Of a stretch of DNA of 64,000 nucleotides, positions 25,743 through 38,903 are shown piece after piece (the stretch's first letter is position 1; the number at the start of each line of letters is the position of its first letter). Source of the DNA: Iphione sp. A-MEVVRFRX5 (lineage: Eukaryota); the NCBI GenBank assembly GCA_976226885.1, contig OZ320323.1, positions 49,042,001 to 49,106,000 of the forward strand, given 5' to 3'. Made by a program: the position numbers and the translations under genes. The notes beneath the pieces were generated by a model that did not search any database, was not told the DNA's origin, and was given only the letters and a program-made list of their open reading frames with translations.

Positions 25743-26847
25743 TATTTGAGAATCAGAGAATTACGGATCATACTCAGTAGAGTACCAGGGAATGAGGTGA
25801 TCACTAACCATGGTTAATTTTGAGAACAAGAAAGAATCAAAAAGTCAGTGATCATAGTTCATAGAGTTAGGGAAATACCAGTGATGTCTTATACGTGGAG
25901 TATTTGAGAATCAGAGAATTACTCCTCACAGATCAAAAGCATATCTATGAGAATTAGGTATGAAGTTTTATTACCATTTGATCAAACGTGTGATTTTCAA
26001 ACTCTGAAAATGCAAGGGGCAATAAACTAAAAGTACCGATGTTTGGACTCTGTTAAAAATATCAACAAGCAAAGCAATTGTAGTAATTATATTTTTGTCT
26101 AAGCGAGGGACAAAAATGGGCAACAAGGAGGACCAAATCTTAACGGGAACAAGAGTCGGACGGTAAAGAAGGTCCAAGAATGCTGTGGAAGGGCCTGTCG
26201 ATATGTCGACAAGGAGAAAAGCTGATATATCGATCAGTCGAAAAGGAAGATGTAATGACACCGAAAAGACTGCTGGTAGACCTGACGTCGCGAGCTCGGT
26301 CCTGGCCTAACCCGAAGGTGTCACCCTGCCTAACCACGCCCACCAAATTAGCCACGCCCATTGGGGCCGCCACCTGTCAATCAGCTACCTGATGACGAGT
26401 CAATCCCTGACAGGAGGTCGAGCAATAACGAGTTGGTGGACGGCGACAGCAAAAGTTCTCCCCGCAGAGGAGCTGCTCTTTACAGGGTGGGGGGGAGAGC
26501 TACTCAGGGAAAGGTCTGAAATGGTGGTAGTTTCGACAGTTAAAGAAGGGGCGGGGGTGGGGGGGGGGTTTAAAGGTACTATTTTGGGAGGCAGTTTTGT
26601 GGAGTTAGAGATCAGGGAAATGGTTTTGCACAGGCAGTGCAGAAACCAAGTACTATTAATAGAACTCAACTAGGGTTAAGTTCTTATGTGGGCGCTGTGT
26701 CAGGAATACACGCTTTAGATTTACATCAAAACTTAAGAAAAAATAATCCAAAAAGAGAACTCCACATGCCTTAAAATGCCAAGTACATAGGATAATTGTA
26801 TTACTGTGAAACCACATATTACAGAAGCGACCAGGACATTGTATGTA

Positions 26848-27025
26848 CAGTAGACTCTCGCATAGGAGACCACCTCCGGGACTGGAGAAATCGGGTCTCT
26901 ATTGTGGTCTGGTCTCCTCTGTGGCGTCTTTTTATATAGAAACATGGACTTTGGTTCTATCAAAACTTGTCCTCTCCCCTCATCTGGTCTCCCCTGCAGT
27001 CAGGTCTTTAAATGAGAGTTGACTG
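26848..27025. mobile_element. Family A MITE, complete
   Basis: TA|CAGTAGACTCTCGCATAGGAGACC ... GGTCTTTAAATGAGAGTTGACTG|TA; TIRs and TA duplication visible. Confidence 0.88.
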
Positions 27026-27381
27026 TATATAAGGAGGGGATTTTTTGTGAATAAACACTGCATTTTCTCCCTGCACTTGCTGAGAGAGAGACACCCAGCA
27101 GATTCTGCACTTGCAGTGAACCAGATTTCTCTGGAAAGACATTTTTTTATTTTCATCTTAAATACAGCCGCTAGAATATGATCCGTCACTTTCATATCAG
27201 TGCCACATTACAATACACAAGAAACGCAATCCTGCGTAAAGAGCAACCCTTCAACTTCGACTCAGCCTATATTCCATGTGTACAGCTCCAATGTAGCGAG
27301 TCCCGAGTCTGGGACTGAAAAACTTTCCTTAAGTATTCCTATACCACGGACCCTGGACACACCAGCAGCGTAGAAATATAA

Positions 27382-27510
27382 GGGAGAGAGAGAGAGCGAG
27401 AGGGACAAAGAGGGAGAGAGAGGGAGGGAGAGAAAGGGAGGGAGAGGGAGGGAGGGAGAAGGAGGGAAAGGGAGGGAGAAGGAAGCAGAGGGAGGGAGAG
27501 GGAGGAACAG
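27382..27510. repeat. Polypurine (GA/GGGA) low-complexity tract
   Basis: Almost pure G/A run. Confidence 0.9.
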
Positions 27511-28187
27511 GTACGAGAAGGTAGAATGTCAATACGCATGGAAATGCCCAATTAATCTATGAGTGTCTAGTAATGTCCCGAAAATTGACCTGAACCTCTC
27601 TATATTCCCTAATAAATAGTATATTTATTGGAAAATATGTTATAAACAGACTCTCCTCTGGTTGCTATGGGCAGTATCCACGACGTTTGTTCATTGTGAC
27701 ATCACATCCCATTGTTTCAACTGTTATTCATCCGCGACCTTTAAATCTTTTAATTATCATTGTAATAAGGATCCCAGTTTTTACTCTCCGATCTGTGTGT
27801 CATGTTGTTAGTAATATGGGAACAAAAATGAGTGCAGTGTGCCACTCAAGTTTCCATTCCGTTAAGTTACAATATAGTATACAGAAGCAACTCGCCTTGA
27901 GGGCAACTCAACTAAGAGGGCAACTGAGGAATATGGGCAATTTTTTTGGTCCCAAAGGTACATTTTCTATAATATAACAACTCAGGTAGGAAGGCATCTC
28001 GCAGTTAAGGGCAGTTTTGTCTGGTCCCATTGGTGGTCTCAATTCTGAGTTGTTACTGTATATAGTTACAATATAGTATACATGCATACGTAAGGAGAAT
28101 AGATATGGATCTCTTTCAAAAATAAGATCCAGGTACGGAAGCGCCCATCCTGAACACGCAAACATTTGCAAAAATGTCGTATAGCCG

Positions 28188-28246
28188 GAGAAGAAGAAGA
28201 AGAAGAAGAAGAAGAAGAAGAAGAAGAAGAAGAGGAAGAGGAAGAG
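28188..28246. repeat. (GAA)n microsatellite
   Basis: Perfect GAA run ending in GAGGAA. Confidence 0.95.
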
Positions 28247-29080
28247 CCATAGCACGGTGCAGAAGGGATAAGAAAGTGCATGTGTCCTTTTTTCTCCTGC
28301 TCACTCACTAACACATGACAGCTGTACCCTCCCTCTCAGTGGGGTTCAACAGATAATTTCTGTCTCAAGAGGTCGGAATGTTTTAAGAAGGCAAGAAATA
28401 AAAAAAAAAGAACTACAACGGTTTGTATCTTTTTAACGCCTGAACAACAGGAGCGTGAGAAACAACAAACTGCGAGGTTCCAACCGTTGAGTAGGGAGGG
28501 GGTGGTGGTGGGGGCGGGGGCTTGCCTGAGTTGCGTTTAGTGCTTTGAAGAAGACCCGCATGTTACCTGGCCAGCTTGCATTTCTCACCGTTTGGCTCAC
28601 ACTTCTAGCTCCTACATCTCTCAACACCCTGCCTCGTAGGCACGGTGCCCTGTGTGTCACAACCGACATGAAAGCGCATGCATATGCAACCCCACCCCGG
28701 CCTCAAACCACTGCACGTACTGTCTGTTATCATCGTAAGGATGTACATGTATTATATTGAGGACCCACAGGTAGGCCCCACTAAGGGCTCCCATACCAAC
28801 ATGTTCTCGAGGTGATTCCAAGATATGTGGACATCGGATTGGATCGATTCTATTTTTGAACCCTTGGACTCCGGGTTTTGGTGTTCTTAAACAAGTGTGA
28901 AAATCCACGAGAATGTTAGGTATTCGATAGTTCCCGTGATGTTTTTAAACGGAAAAAGAAAGGTCAGACTGCCCTTACAAATGAACCCTATGGTCTTTCT
29001 CCCCGTGACATGTTTTTTTTTATGAATGGCGAGTGTGCCTAAGGAAGCATATAATTATTATGTCCTCGACTTCTAAAATT

Positions 29081-29087
29081 CTCTCTC

Positions 29088-29126
<39 letters not shown>
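29081..29126. repeat. (CT)n microsatellite
   Basis: CT dinucleotide run. Confidence 0.95.
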
Positions 29127-29128
<2 letters not shown>

Positions 29129-29299
29129 TGAGAGAGAGATGAATGCTCGCTAAGACTCAGATAAAGCCATTTCTATAAAAATTACAATGACCCACACGGA
29201 CAAGCAGACGAACGCATGGATCGCAATTCACTTAGCCGCACAGCTGCGCACAAAACATGAGAACCTGTTGTGGAGTTTGAAAGAGCAAACTGCCCATTC

Positions 29300-29600
29300 C
29301 ATGTAAGAAAGGAAAGGGTCCTTTTTTCGTGGATCTCGCAAGATGTCACGTGACAATGTTCTCATCAAACGAGATCTGACGCCAAAACCAGGTTTGTGAT
29401 GCTGACCTCTGCTGGCGACTCGCCACACTACACAAGGGCAGTGCGGTAATCTCGTTTGAGAGCGAGACTACGTAGGAGACTTTGATGTCACGCGCAGCGG
29501 TTGTGTCCTGACACAGGATTGGTTGCTAATTGGGACCGCTTGTCGTGTCACAGGGCTAATGATTGGCTCCCTGGGTCGAACAGTGGCCCAGGCATGCACT
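29300..29600. promoter_or_regulatory. CpG-rich promoter-like island
   Basis: GTCACGTGAC 29345-29354, two ATTGG (reverse CCAAT) boxes, raised CpG density. Confidence 0.3.
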
Positions 29601-30937
29601 CCTTAGAGACGACGAGTTGTTTACTTTACCTGATGCTATAAGTTTCTACAATAGTTGGAGAATATGCATCTTCTCTCGGTAACACTGAATTCGTCAAAGT
29701 TACGTCAGCTTTGTAGACAAATTGACAGACTTTGACTTTGGTAATTTGACTCATCAATATAACTGCATCAGCATTCATGATCTACGTGTTGAAAGAGAAA
29801 ATTGTAATAGAACTATTCCAGCTACTCAAACAGCATTATTTACTTCAGGCATGCGGATTTCCTAACTTAATTTACCCACATAATCTCGACCTTTTTCCGT
29901 GACCAAATCGTCAACTTGCAGTCTTTCTTTTGAGGAAGAACAATCTTTGTATGATAGCTTCCATGTTTCATTTTGGCCAGAAGGCCGAGTTTGGTATGGT
30001 AGCTCTAACATATATACACCCTTTTTTGGAACTATTTGGAGGCCATTTTGATGCATATTTCTATTTAAACAAAGGTTTTAATACAGAGCATGATGTCCGC
30101 CCATACAGGAAGTCAACGAATTCTTTGTTGAATCAGCATGCTCGGTACATCCCGTGATGCAGTGTCAAAAGGGCAGCCCCTTACTCTCATATACCGAACT
30201 TTTCTGCAGTACTATACTGCACCCCATGCAGTATTGCTACAGTATCCCTGCACAGACCTGGTATAAAGGGGGTACAGGATCTGGGTAGGGGGATGCAGAT
30301 GTAGGTTGCGGGGTATTACTCCTACACCCCAATAAATGGGCAACATGATTTTCAACATGAGCAAGTTTTTCAAATGGAGTAAATTGAAAATGCTGATTCA
30401 GCATTTATTATTACCCAACCGCTGGATTGTTGGCCTCCTACAGCCCTGATTCCCTCCTAGTTTGCATAAATACATGAGCCGCGGAGACCCAATATGACTG
30501 CAAAACAATGAAGCAAATCAAGCAAGTAGATCAGTATGTTTGAAAGAGTGATAGTGTTAGCCGGTTATGTTATGCATTGGTTATGGTGTTAGTTGTCATA
30601 TGATGTGGCTTGGTATGAATTGATTACAGTGCGAATTCTACTGTATATATTAGCATTTATGCCATACATAGGCAGAATTGTAACTATACACACAAACATG
30701 TCCATGTAAACATACTGACATGCTTTCATTTACACAAAGACAATTATACACCCTGCATGTACACTACATAGTTGGTAAAAATGTTCAGATATGTCTACTT
30801 ATTAACTTGTAAGGTACCTCCTTGAAGAGGGGAATAGACCTAGGACATGCAGAGATCCATTTTACTTCTAGATACACGTGTTTCATTTTGTATTCTGTCT
30901 CTTAACTAGGGGCCAATGTGCTAGGAATTGTTGGGGT

Positions 30938-31266
30938 AGGCCTAAAAAAAAAGTTCTGTGTTTCTGGTAACATGCTTAAAAGATAAAGGGTTGGTAGGTC
31001 GGTGGTTTTTTTATATTTTTTCATTTTTTTCAATGTTAATTCTTACGTAAATTTAAAAATGTATATGGTAATAAAGGTTCTACGGCTTATATATTAATGA
31101 AAAAAAAAGCTAATGGTCCAAGGAGCAAGATGGTGTATATTATGTACCTCTATCATTTTTCATGCCAGAGATATTAACAAAAACACAATAAAATAAAATG
31201 TTCCAGTAAGACAAAAAACAGGGTTGATCGGGTTACCGGAAACACAGATATTTTTTGTTTAGGCCT
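30938..31266. mobile_element. MITE with ~35-bp TIRs, AGGCC termini (Kolobok- or Harbinger-type)
   Basis: AGGCCTAAAAAAAAAGTTCTGTGTTTCTGGTAAC ... GTTACCGGAAACACAGATATTTTTTGTTTAGGCCT. Confidence 0.85.
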
Positions 31267-32342
31267 TACTTTAATGAGGTCCACATTGGACTTTAAATAG
31301 AACATCTATTAGCCAGGTAGAGTAGAAGTTGTGAGAGAATGTAATACCTGCTGGACACTCGATAGAACTCTTATCTTTCAAAAGAAACTAATTCAAATGA
31401 GTCCAAAACCAGAGCCATATTGATGTACTTGATGTGCAAGACCCTAGAGCAAAACAATCATTCACGTCTATGTCGAGAGGTGGCGCTCACGTTTGGCGTC
31501 ACGTGACTGCCTGTAATGAGACTAAGACGGCCGGAATTAGGTAGGGGGATGGAGGTGCTTCAAGCATCGGTTGTACCTGAACGTAGCATGAACCGGCGAA
31601 GCACGGTCTCAGAGATTAGGCTTGAATTGGGGATTAAAAAGTTTACAAGTCTTTTACCTAAAAGTTTCCTGCTGAAGATTGGACTAAATAATACGTTGTA
31701 TGTTGCGGAATCTGCGGAAAAGATGTTTTGGGGTCAATATTAAGAATTTGAGCTATTTTCATGACGTGCTCCTATTTCCAAATATACAGTATTTTTTCTG
31801 TAACCTCGGATTTTATAAAGATTGAGGGGTAAGATTATGCAATAACGGAAATCATCTCTTTTTTTAACCAAACGAATGTTACATCAGTATTTGTAGCTAA
31901 TGCCACTACATGTATTTGGACCACATTTTCAGTATCATTAATGCATGCATGTACAAGTGTTTTGACATGACTGTTTTTTCCTGCTACCTTACTACACCCT
32001 CTTCCACATCTATAGATTGTGAAGTGGTTTAGCCTGGCCAACTATATGCATGCTTTCATCATGCAATGTAACTAGTACAGTCTCACTTCGGACTGTGACC
32101 ACCTCTCTAACCAGACCACCCCACCATAAATACCATTTTCAAGGAGCAGAATCACATATATGTACATAAGTACCTTTCTCTGATAAGACCCCTCTGTATT
32201 GTGAGCACTTGAGGTCAGAACCAACTGTGGCCCTATTAGTGCGCGGATACTGTACATAAGGAAACATGCCTGTATATTTATGTACACTATTAGAATACAC
32301 TTAAATGCCTCTCAGTGACGCGTGTGCATGGGAAAACCAGCC

Positions 32343-33290
32343 TTATATGATAAAATAAATGTTCAGATTGTTGAATGTAGAAGAATCAGAGGGCAAAAGG
32401 AGATGGGTGGGAAACAGGGAAAGCAGAGGTGGGGCTGATCCTATAGCACTTTGTAAATCATATTGATTCAGTTGGGTATCAGCAAGTGAGTTGATTGGTA
32501 TGGTGACCTGCCAGAGAAAACTGTAGAAAAGTGTGCCCCTTTTGTGAGCATTTCTAACACAGCTAGACGACCTAGTTCCACACTCTTCCCAATCAATTCT
32601 TGTGGAATGTGTGAATCTCTGTCTGTTAAAATGTAGGCGGTGACTCTCACACTGTCCTTCTAATATTTGAAACAAGGACAATCATTGTCTGCAGTGATAT
32701 GTTGGTATGCCTATTCTCCTTCTTCAAGACTTCTTGCCCTGCTCCCACCTGCTTGCCATGCAAACGAAGTTCAAGGACAGATGAAATTATGTTCCAGTCT
32801 GCAACCTCCTTTTGTGTTGAACCTGAAGTTTTGTTTGGTATAATCTCGTTGGTATCCCTCCAGAATTTCTTGCCCCTTTGAATTGCAATGATATTCTCTT
32901 TAGTGAGTGAACTGCACCTTTTTCACTATCTTGTTGATGACAGTCTGCTCCCCCATTGGCTTGGGTATTCATAACTACCCTAGGTTTACTTTGGGTTCTT
33001 TATTTGTCTTAGGGGCTGTTCATATGTACCTGTATGTTCCTGCAGCTATGGACACATTTTATACCATCATTCTATAATCATGGAGACCATTCAGATGTAC
33101 ATGTATCAGTCCATATCCATATTGTAATTTTAGTGTTGACTTTCTCACTTTGCAGTAATCCAACTTTTTTCTACAAGTCCACTTCCTTAGTGGTCCCACT
33201 AGTTATCCAGTGTAAGTCCTTCCAAGTTCCAACCCTTAAGTGAGTCCAAGTGGGGTTGTTTAGCTTAGCATTCCCAAAGGAACAAGCTCC
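32343..33290 (-). pseudogene. Heavily decayed gag/ORF1-like retroelement relic with a broken CCHC zinc knuckle
   Basis: Minus frame ...KENIIAIQRGKKFWRDTNEIIP...LC*KCSQKGHTFLQF: C-x2-C-x4-H spacing with the last Cys as TTT; many stops. Confidence 0.35.
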
Positions 33291-33519
33291 ACTCAGGAGT
33301 TCCAAGTGCAGACTGTTTTCTTGGCCATACAGGGCCCATATTTATACCAAACCATCATATTATGTGACAGAGATATTAACAGTGTATCCAATGATGGAAT
33401 AAAATGAATACAATGTCCCTTATGTTGTTGTTCTACACCAATCAGCTTAGAGCAAGTAGGTACAATATAACAGAGGACTTGGAATCCAGGGTTCAAGGTC
33501 ACCTCTAAGGCTTAATTGG

Positions 33520-33596
33520 CCTACGGTACCATAGGCACTCCTACCTTAGGGTTCACTAAGTACATTCTATCACAAAAATTCCTATGGTGCCGTAGG
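33520..33596. repeat. 16-bp inverted repeat pair
   Basis: CCTACGGTACCATAGG (33520) and CCTATGGTGCCGTAGG (33581), one mismatch. Confidence 0.75.
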
Positions 33597-34825
33597 CACC
33601 AGTAACCTAAGAGTTCACAGAGTACACTTCACATGAATGTCTACAGTCCTCCAGGCACCATTTTACTTGCTGCTCTTTACAGTATCTATGGATCTGTAGA
33701 TATAGATGACAAACCCGTCCTGGACAGATTTTCTACAGCTACAGAAGCACAGTCCATAAGAAGCAGTAGTAAAATGCATCTGATTAACATATGGTAGCAG
33801 TTAAAATACACTCTCTACTGGGGATAGCTACAGTCCCAGATCGATAGAGGTATTTGTTGTGCCTGTATCATACATGTGCATGTAAACAGCCTCTTATGGA
33901 GGTTTTTGTATCGCAAAGGTTCACTGCCTGATACTGCCTATGACTACTCTGCCTATGATTACTCTGCCTGACATTGTCTATGACTGCTTGCTTCACGTAT
34001 GGCGAACTCTTGGAGGTATCTTTCTTGCAGCTTTGTCTTGCAGCAAAAATGAAAAGTTTAATTATTAAGATCCCTACTTAAATATTTTGTTCCACACATA
34101 TTTAAGTGAATACAAGGAATTAAGGCCATTTGTCCATATTTCTGGTACATGTACAGTCTCTCTCTGTCCCTCTCAAATGTAGTAAGGGACCATGTAAATC
34201 GTATAAAACAATGTACATCTAAATTTAACGTTTATAGATCTTCATAAGAGGGGTGAAGAAGCCAAAAGTTGCTTTCTCTTGTCAGGGTTTCTCTTTTTTC
34301 CTGTTTGGCTGTGATTTTACTTGTCCCCAAACTGTCAGTCCTTCTGTCTGTCCTTCTGTTTCTGTTCCTTAATTTTAACTTTAGTTATTTACTGACAAAC
34401 GAATTAGTGTGCACAAAATATTCGTGGCCGTTTTAACCCCTCAACTATCCCGTATTGAGCTGTGTCGGTTTTCCATAACACAATAATGCTGGAACAGTAC
34501 CAGTTCTCGCATTAACACTTGACGCTCTGTGTTTTAACTAACATGTTTTTCAACATGACTGGTTTCATCAATTCAAATAACGCAGCCAAATTGTCACACC
34601 CAGACCAAGCAAAATGCCGAGGACCGGTTTTTTTTTAACAAACGGTCAGGGCACCAGGGAAAAAATGGTCTCGAGTATTCCTTTCAACCGCCATAATGGG
34701 ACGCACAAGATGGCGTGTATCGGTTCCGACTGTTTTATTGACTTTTATTATTTGCAAAATGTAATCTTATACGTAACTCCTGTCGTCAGATGTTCAAATT
34801 TCAACCCATTTCATGTTCAATTACC

Positions 34826-34973
34826 NNNNNNNNNNNNNNNNNNNNNNNNNNNNNNNNNNNNNNNNNNNNNNNNNNNNNNNNNNNNNNNNNNNNNNNNNNN
34901 NNNNNNNNNNNNNNNNNNNNNNNNNNNNNNNNNNNNNNNNNNNNNNNNNNNNNNNNNNNNNNNNNNNNNNNNN
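34826..34973. other. Assembly gap (N run)
   Basis: Ns in sequence. Confidence 1.
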
Positions 34974-35154
34974 CTTTCTCCTTTTCTGTCTCATTCTCTG
35001 AAAATATTTATCAAGCTTTAACAAACCATGGAGGAATTGCATTTTCCCAGTATTGTTCTTCTTTTACTTAATAACTTATTAATGACTTTATTAAGTTTTT
35101 TAAAAACGTTCTAAAAACGTTTTTTAAAAACCTTTTTAGAACATTTTCGAAAAA

Positions 35155-35242
35155 ATGTGAGAGGTCTGAGCGGGATTTGAACCTGGGTCCTTTCATCTTT
35201 CATGGTAAGGCTGGCACTTCTATCCACTGTTCCACAGATGCT
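35155..35242 (-). ncRNA. tRNA-like Pol III unit (degenerate; not an intact tRNA)
   Basis: Minus strand: A-box-like TGGAACAGTGG (35234-35224), B box GGTTCAAATCCC (35183-35172), then a T-run at ~35155-35150. Confidence 0.55.
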
Positions 35243-35344
35243 AGACAAAGAAACTAGCATGATTCTTTCATTCATAACATTCATAACAGTTGTACATTGG
35301 TTAGACCATTAACTTTTCATTGAAATATATATCCATAATATATA

Positions 35345-35705
35345 TTTTAATATTTGCCCATTTTCATAAATTCAATACATTTTTAGCTGAGACTCCAGTA
35401 ATATTTGCCACTTGTCATAGATAAAATACATGTACATCTTTAGCACTACCTCCGGGAATATTTACCATGCTTTCATAAATTCAATACATCTTTAGCCGAA
35501 CCTCCAGTAATATTTGCTACTTGTCATAAATTAGATACATCTTTAGCACTACCTCTGGGAATATTTGCCATGGTCTCATAAGTCTAATACATCTTTAGCT
35601 GAACCTCCAGTAATATTTGTCATAAATAAAATATATCTTTAGCACTACCTCCAAAAATATTTGCCAATTTTTTCATAAATTTAATGCATCTTTGGCATAA
35701 CCTCC
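35345..35705. repeat. ~51-bp tandem array, ~7 units with two alternating subtypes
   Basis: CATCTTTAGC-like anchors at 35378, 35435, 35487, 35538, 35590, 35634 and 35687; GAACCTCCAGTAAT and CACTACCTC variants alternate. Confidence 0.9.
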
Positions 35706-35784
35706 AAACGTTCCCACACATCTCCAGGTGCTTCCCCTGTGCCTGACCCTCCTCCTGTTGCTCCTAGAAATCCAACACTTCTGC

Positions 35785-35975
35785 AGGTGGTCCCCAGGCC
35801 TTGTATACTTCTATACTTGATAGCCCTATTGTTGCTCACAGATGTCCTCACACCACCCCAGGTATTACCTGTATACTTGGTTACCCTGCTGTCGCTCACA
35901 GACGTCCTCACACCACCCCAGGGGCTACCTGAATACTTGGTCACCCTCCTGTCGCTCGCAGACGTCCTCACACCT
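35785..35975. repeat. 60-bp tandem repeat, ~3 copies
   Basis: CAGAYGTCCTCACACCACCCCAGG in 60-bp register; explains the 20-aa repeats in the ORF track. Confidence 0.92.
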
Positions 35976-36009
35976 CTCCATGTCAGAAAACAAAAAAAAA
36001 GTTTTAAAA

Positions 36010-36215
36010 TATTGTAAAATGGTTGCAAACATTGTAACTGAATAAAAACGTTCTCAAAACGCTGTTAAATGGTTGCAAACATTCTAACCAAAAAAGAAAC
36101 GTTTTCAAAATGTTGTAAAACGGTTGCAAACATTGTAACTGAATTAAAACGTTCTCAAAACATTGTAAAATGGTTGCAAGCATTCTAACCGAATTAAAAC
36201 GTTATAAAACGTTCT
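36010..36215. repeat. ~50-bp subterminal tandem repeat, 4 copies
   Basis: GGTTGCAAACATT-like anchors at ~36021, 36071, 36122 and 36172. Confidence 0.9.
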
Positions 36216-38549
36216 TAAACGTTGTGTGCTGGCTGGGATAGGTTACTGTGATATAGATATGTACCCACTATTTATTGTAGGTAAGATAAAGATATGAACT
36301 ATCTTGAGCTCCTCAAGGGCAGGAGATCAAATCGCCCTCATTTCATGTTGATTCGACATTTCATTGAGGGACATAACCTTCAACCTTTGCTGGTCTCACG
36401 TGTGTTTATATACATGTAATGCGTATTATTATAAAAGGGAGGACAAAACTGCACGTCTGTCTCCTTATCTCTAAGCGTAAAGGCGTTATTGTCTTAGTCA
36501 AAGGCTTTTGTATAAGTTCATGTCATATGTGGACTATGTGGACCTTTCGAGGAAGACTTTGTAAGTGGAAACGTTGGGAACATTAAAGCCTACTGAAGCA
36601 TGTTTGCTGTGTTGAGTTCGTGTGGCATCTAATTACACAATTCAACATATGTGGACTATGTTCAGTGAAGAATTTCAGACTACTACTACTGTATAGGCTC
36701 TGTAGGTTTCCATTCTATTTCCCAGCTTGTATCGGTCTCTTTAATGAAACCATTGGAATTATTTCTATGCATTTACTTTCTCTAATCCCTTTAGAGCGTT
36801 ATGTTTGAAAATCTTACGCACCTTGGATGCTCTCTGAAATATAAGGATTGACAAGATATCTTAGAACAAAAGCCAAAAACATTTCAGTTGGTGGCAGGAA
36901 TGTGTTTTTTTAGTATTCGGAGGCTTTTCCATGTACACATATTCAAGCATTCAGGAAAACAGGCACAACTCGTGAGACAAAAAACAGGCACAATATGTGG
37001 TACAAACCGGACATCGGAATTTATTACGTCACCGCCCACATGTACATACCCATAATGCATAGGAATGCATATCCGGTATGGCGATCCTACTTTCATGGGA
37101 TTTCAACACATGCAGACGTACAAACATAATAGATTTCAACAGCAGTAGGTACCAAAGTCATGAAATGTCATGCAGCCTTGTCTGCATATGTCACAGTACA
37201 TAGCAGATGCTACGAAAGGAAACACGTAAACGGAAAGCTACGATGGCGGGTAGCATGTTTTAACAGTGAGGGGTGAGTGCTAGCATATCTGTGGGATAAT
37301 GAGGGGGGGGAGGATACCAGTGGTCATTGAACCGCTCAAGTCGATGACTCCATCGACCTTTTGAGCTGCTCACACTTTTGATCAGTTTCCCTGAAGAGAT
37401 GATGGCGCATGCGCAACGAGCACACTGAGAAACGGCTTCATTGTAACCCGCTCCCCCCTCCCAATAGGGTCGACATCCCACTTCTGTACCCACCCACCCC
37501 CACACCACTCCAGCTTACAGGGCCGGGTGCCAGGTCCTCCAACGTCTGCTCGCTACAGGCAACTAGCAGATTCCCAACATACAACCCCATTATATCCGTG
37601 TACAGTCAAGACCCGAAAACCAAATCTTGCCCTTTTATGCCTCTCATGTTTTTTTTAATTTTCCGGATTTTGACTTGTGTACTTTTCCACCCACCCTTTA
37701 TTGTATGAGGTGTGAACAGAGGTGTAACTGCAATGCCTCACACATTCATACCCTATATACAACTAGAAAACAGTACAATTCAGGCAACTTCACCAAAAAA
37801 CAAACAAACCAGCTAAATTCGACCAAATTGGGCCAAAAAGCATTCCGATTTTGGATATAAACATTTGGTTATTTGAGTCTCTTTATAGTAAAAAACAGTA
37901 GTAGTTCCGGTGCAATATGATGGGATTTGGAATTTTTCGCATTTAGAGTCTTCGGTTTAGGAGAATCGTCTGTACATGTGTACTATGGAATCATATTGGC
38001 AGATTTTCCAGGGGATTTCACCCGCCTCAGGTGACAGGCCTTAGGTGTTTTCTCGGAGAGCAAACCATGTGGAATATGTCAGAATATTTACTCTAACAAT
38101 GAAATATGAGTTAGTTTGTTAGTAACTAAGGATTCTGTCTCTTACATTAAATGTATATGTAAATTTGTTGTTTAATGTTCAAACGAAGCTCTCTTTAAGG
38201 TCCATTGTGGGATATCATCAGGAGGGTGAATGTGCAGGAATACAAGCTTGAGTCCTTCGATAAATCTCTGACACATCTCCAAAACAGCAAAGAGTCAAAC
38301 ACGTGGATGTTTATCTATACAATGTGAATATCTGTCATCTCAAACACTCTGTCACAGAAACCTTGACCAAGCTTAAGCTGGTCGGTGTTTGTTGGGGTTA
38401 TCTCTGCGTTGAGTCCAAGTATGGATTGTGAAATTCCCCCATCTATATTATATTTCGGCATGAGTAATGTTAACCAGAGCGTTATGGCTATTCGTCAGTG
38501 ATGGCCATTACGGTAGTCAGCTCAGGAAGATACACTTATGAGTTTTCTA

Positions 38550-38720
38550 CAGTCGGATCTCATTCAACCGGACCTCAATATCTGGAATATTTCATTATCC
38601 GGAGCAATATTCATGGTACAAATCACCATTTTTCCAAACATTAATGTTTCTCCTACCAGGAATACTCCTTATCCGGATGATTTTGATCGAGGTGTGAGAC
38701 CTCCGGATGACGAGGCTTTT
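38550..38720. mobile_element. pogo/Tigger-like MITE, degenerate right end
   Basis: TA|CAGTCGGATCTCATTCAACCGGACCTC; internal ATCCGGA repeats. Confidence 0.5.
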
Positions 38721-38739
38721 ATATCCGTTTAGTCTGGCA

Positions 38740-38903
38740 CAGAAAACTCTTGCTTAGGAGACCACCTGTTGGTCTCTGGTGTGGTCTAGTTTCCACCGTG
38801 ATTTCTTTTTTCATAGAAATAGAGATCTTTGCTTTTATGAAAACTTGGTCTCTCCTTCAGTGTGTTCTCCCCTGCGATCTAGTCTTAAACTGAGAGTCGT
38901 CTG
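38740..38903. mobile_element. Family A MITE
   Basis: CAGAAAACTCTTGCTTAGGAGACCACC ... GTCTTAAACTGAGAGTCGTCTG|TA. Confidence 0.75.

Larger units (their letters stand above)
34824..36237. mobile_element. Composite non-autonomous DNA element, probably CMC/EnSpm-like
   Basis: Right end GTTGTGTGCTGGCTGGG; AAAACGTT subterminal repeats at 35095-35150 and 36000-36225; left end inferred at or inside the gap (TTACC|NNN). Confidence 0.55.

Noticed and set aside
35681-36045. ORFs with 20-aa repeats on both strands
   Set aside because: Explained by a 60-bp tandem unit inside a transposon-like element.
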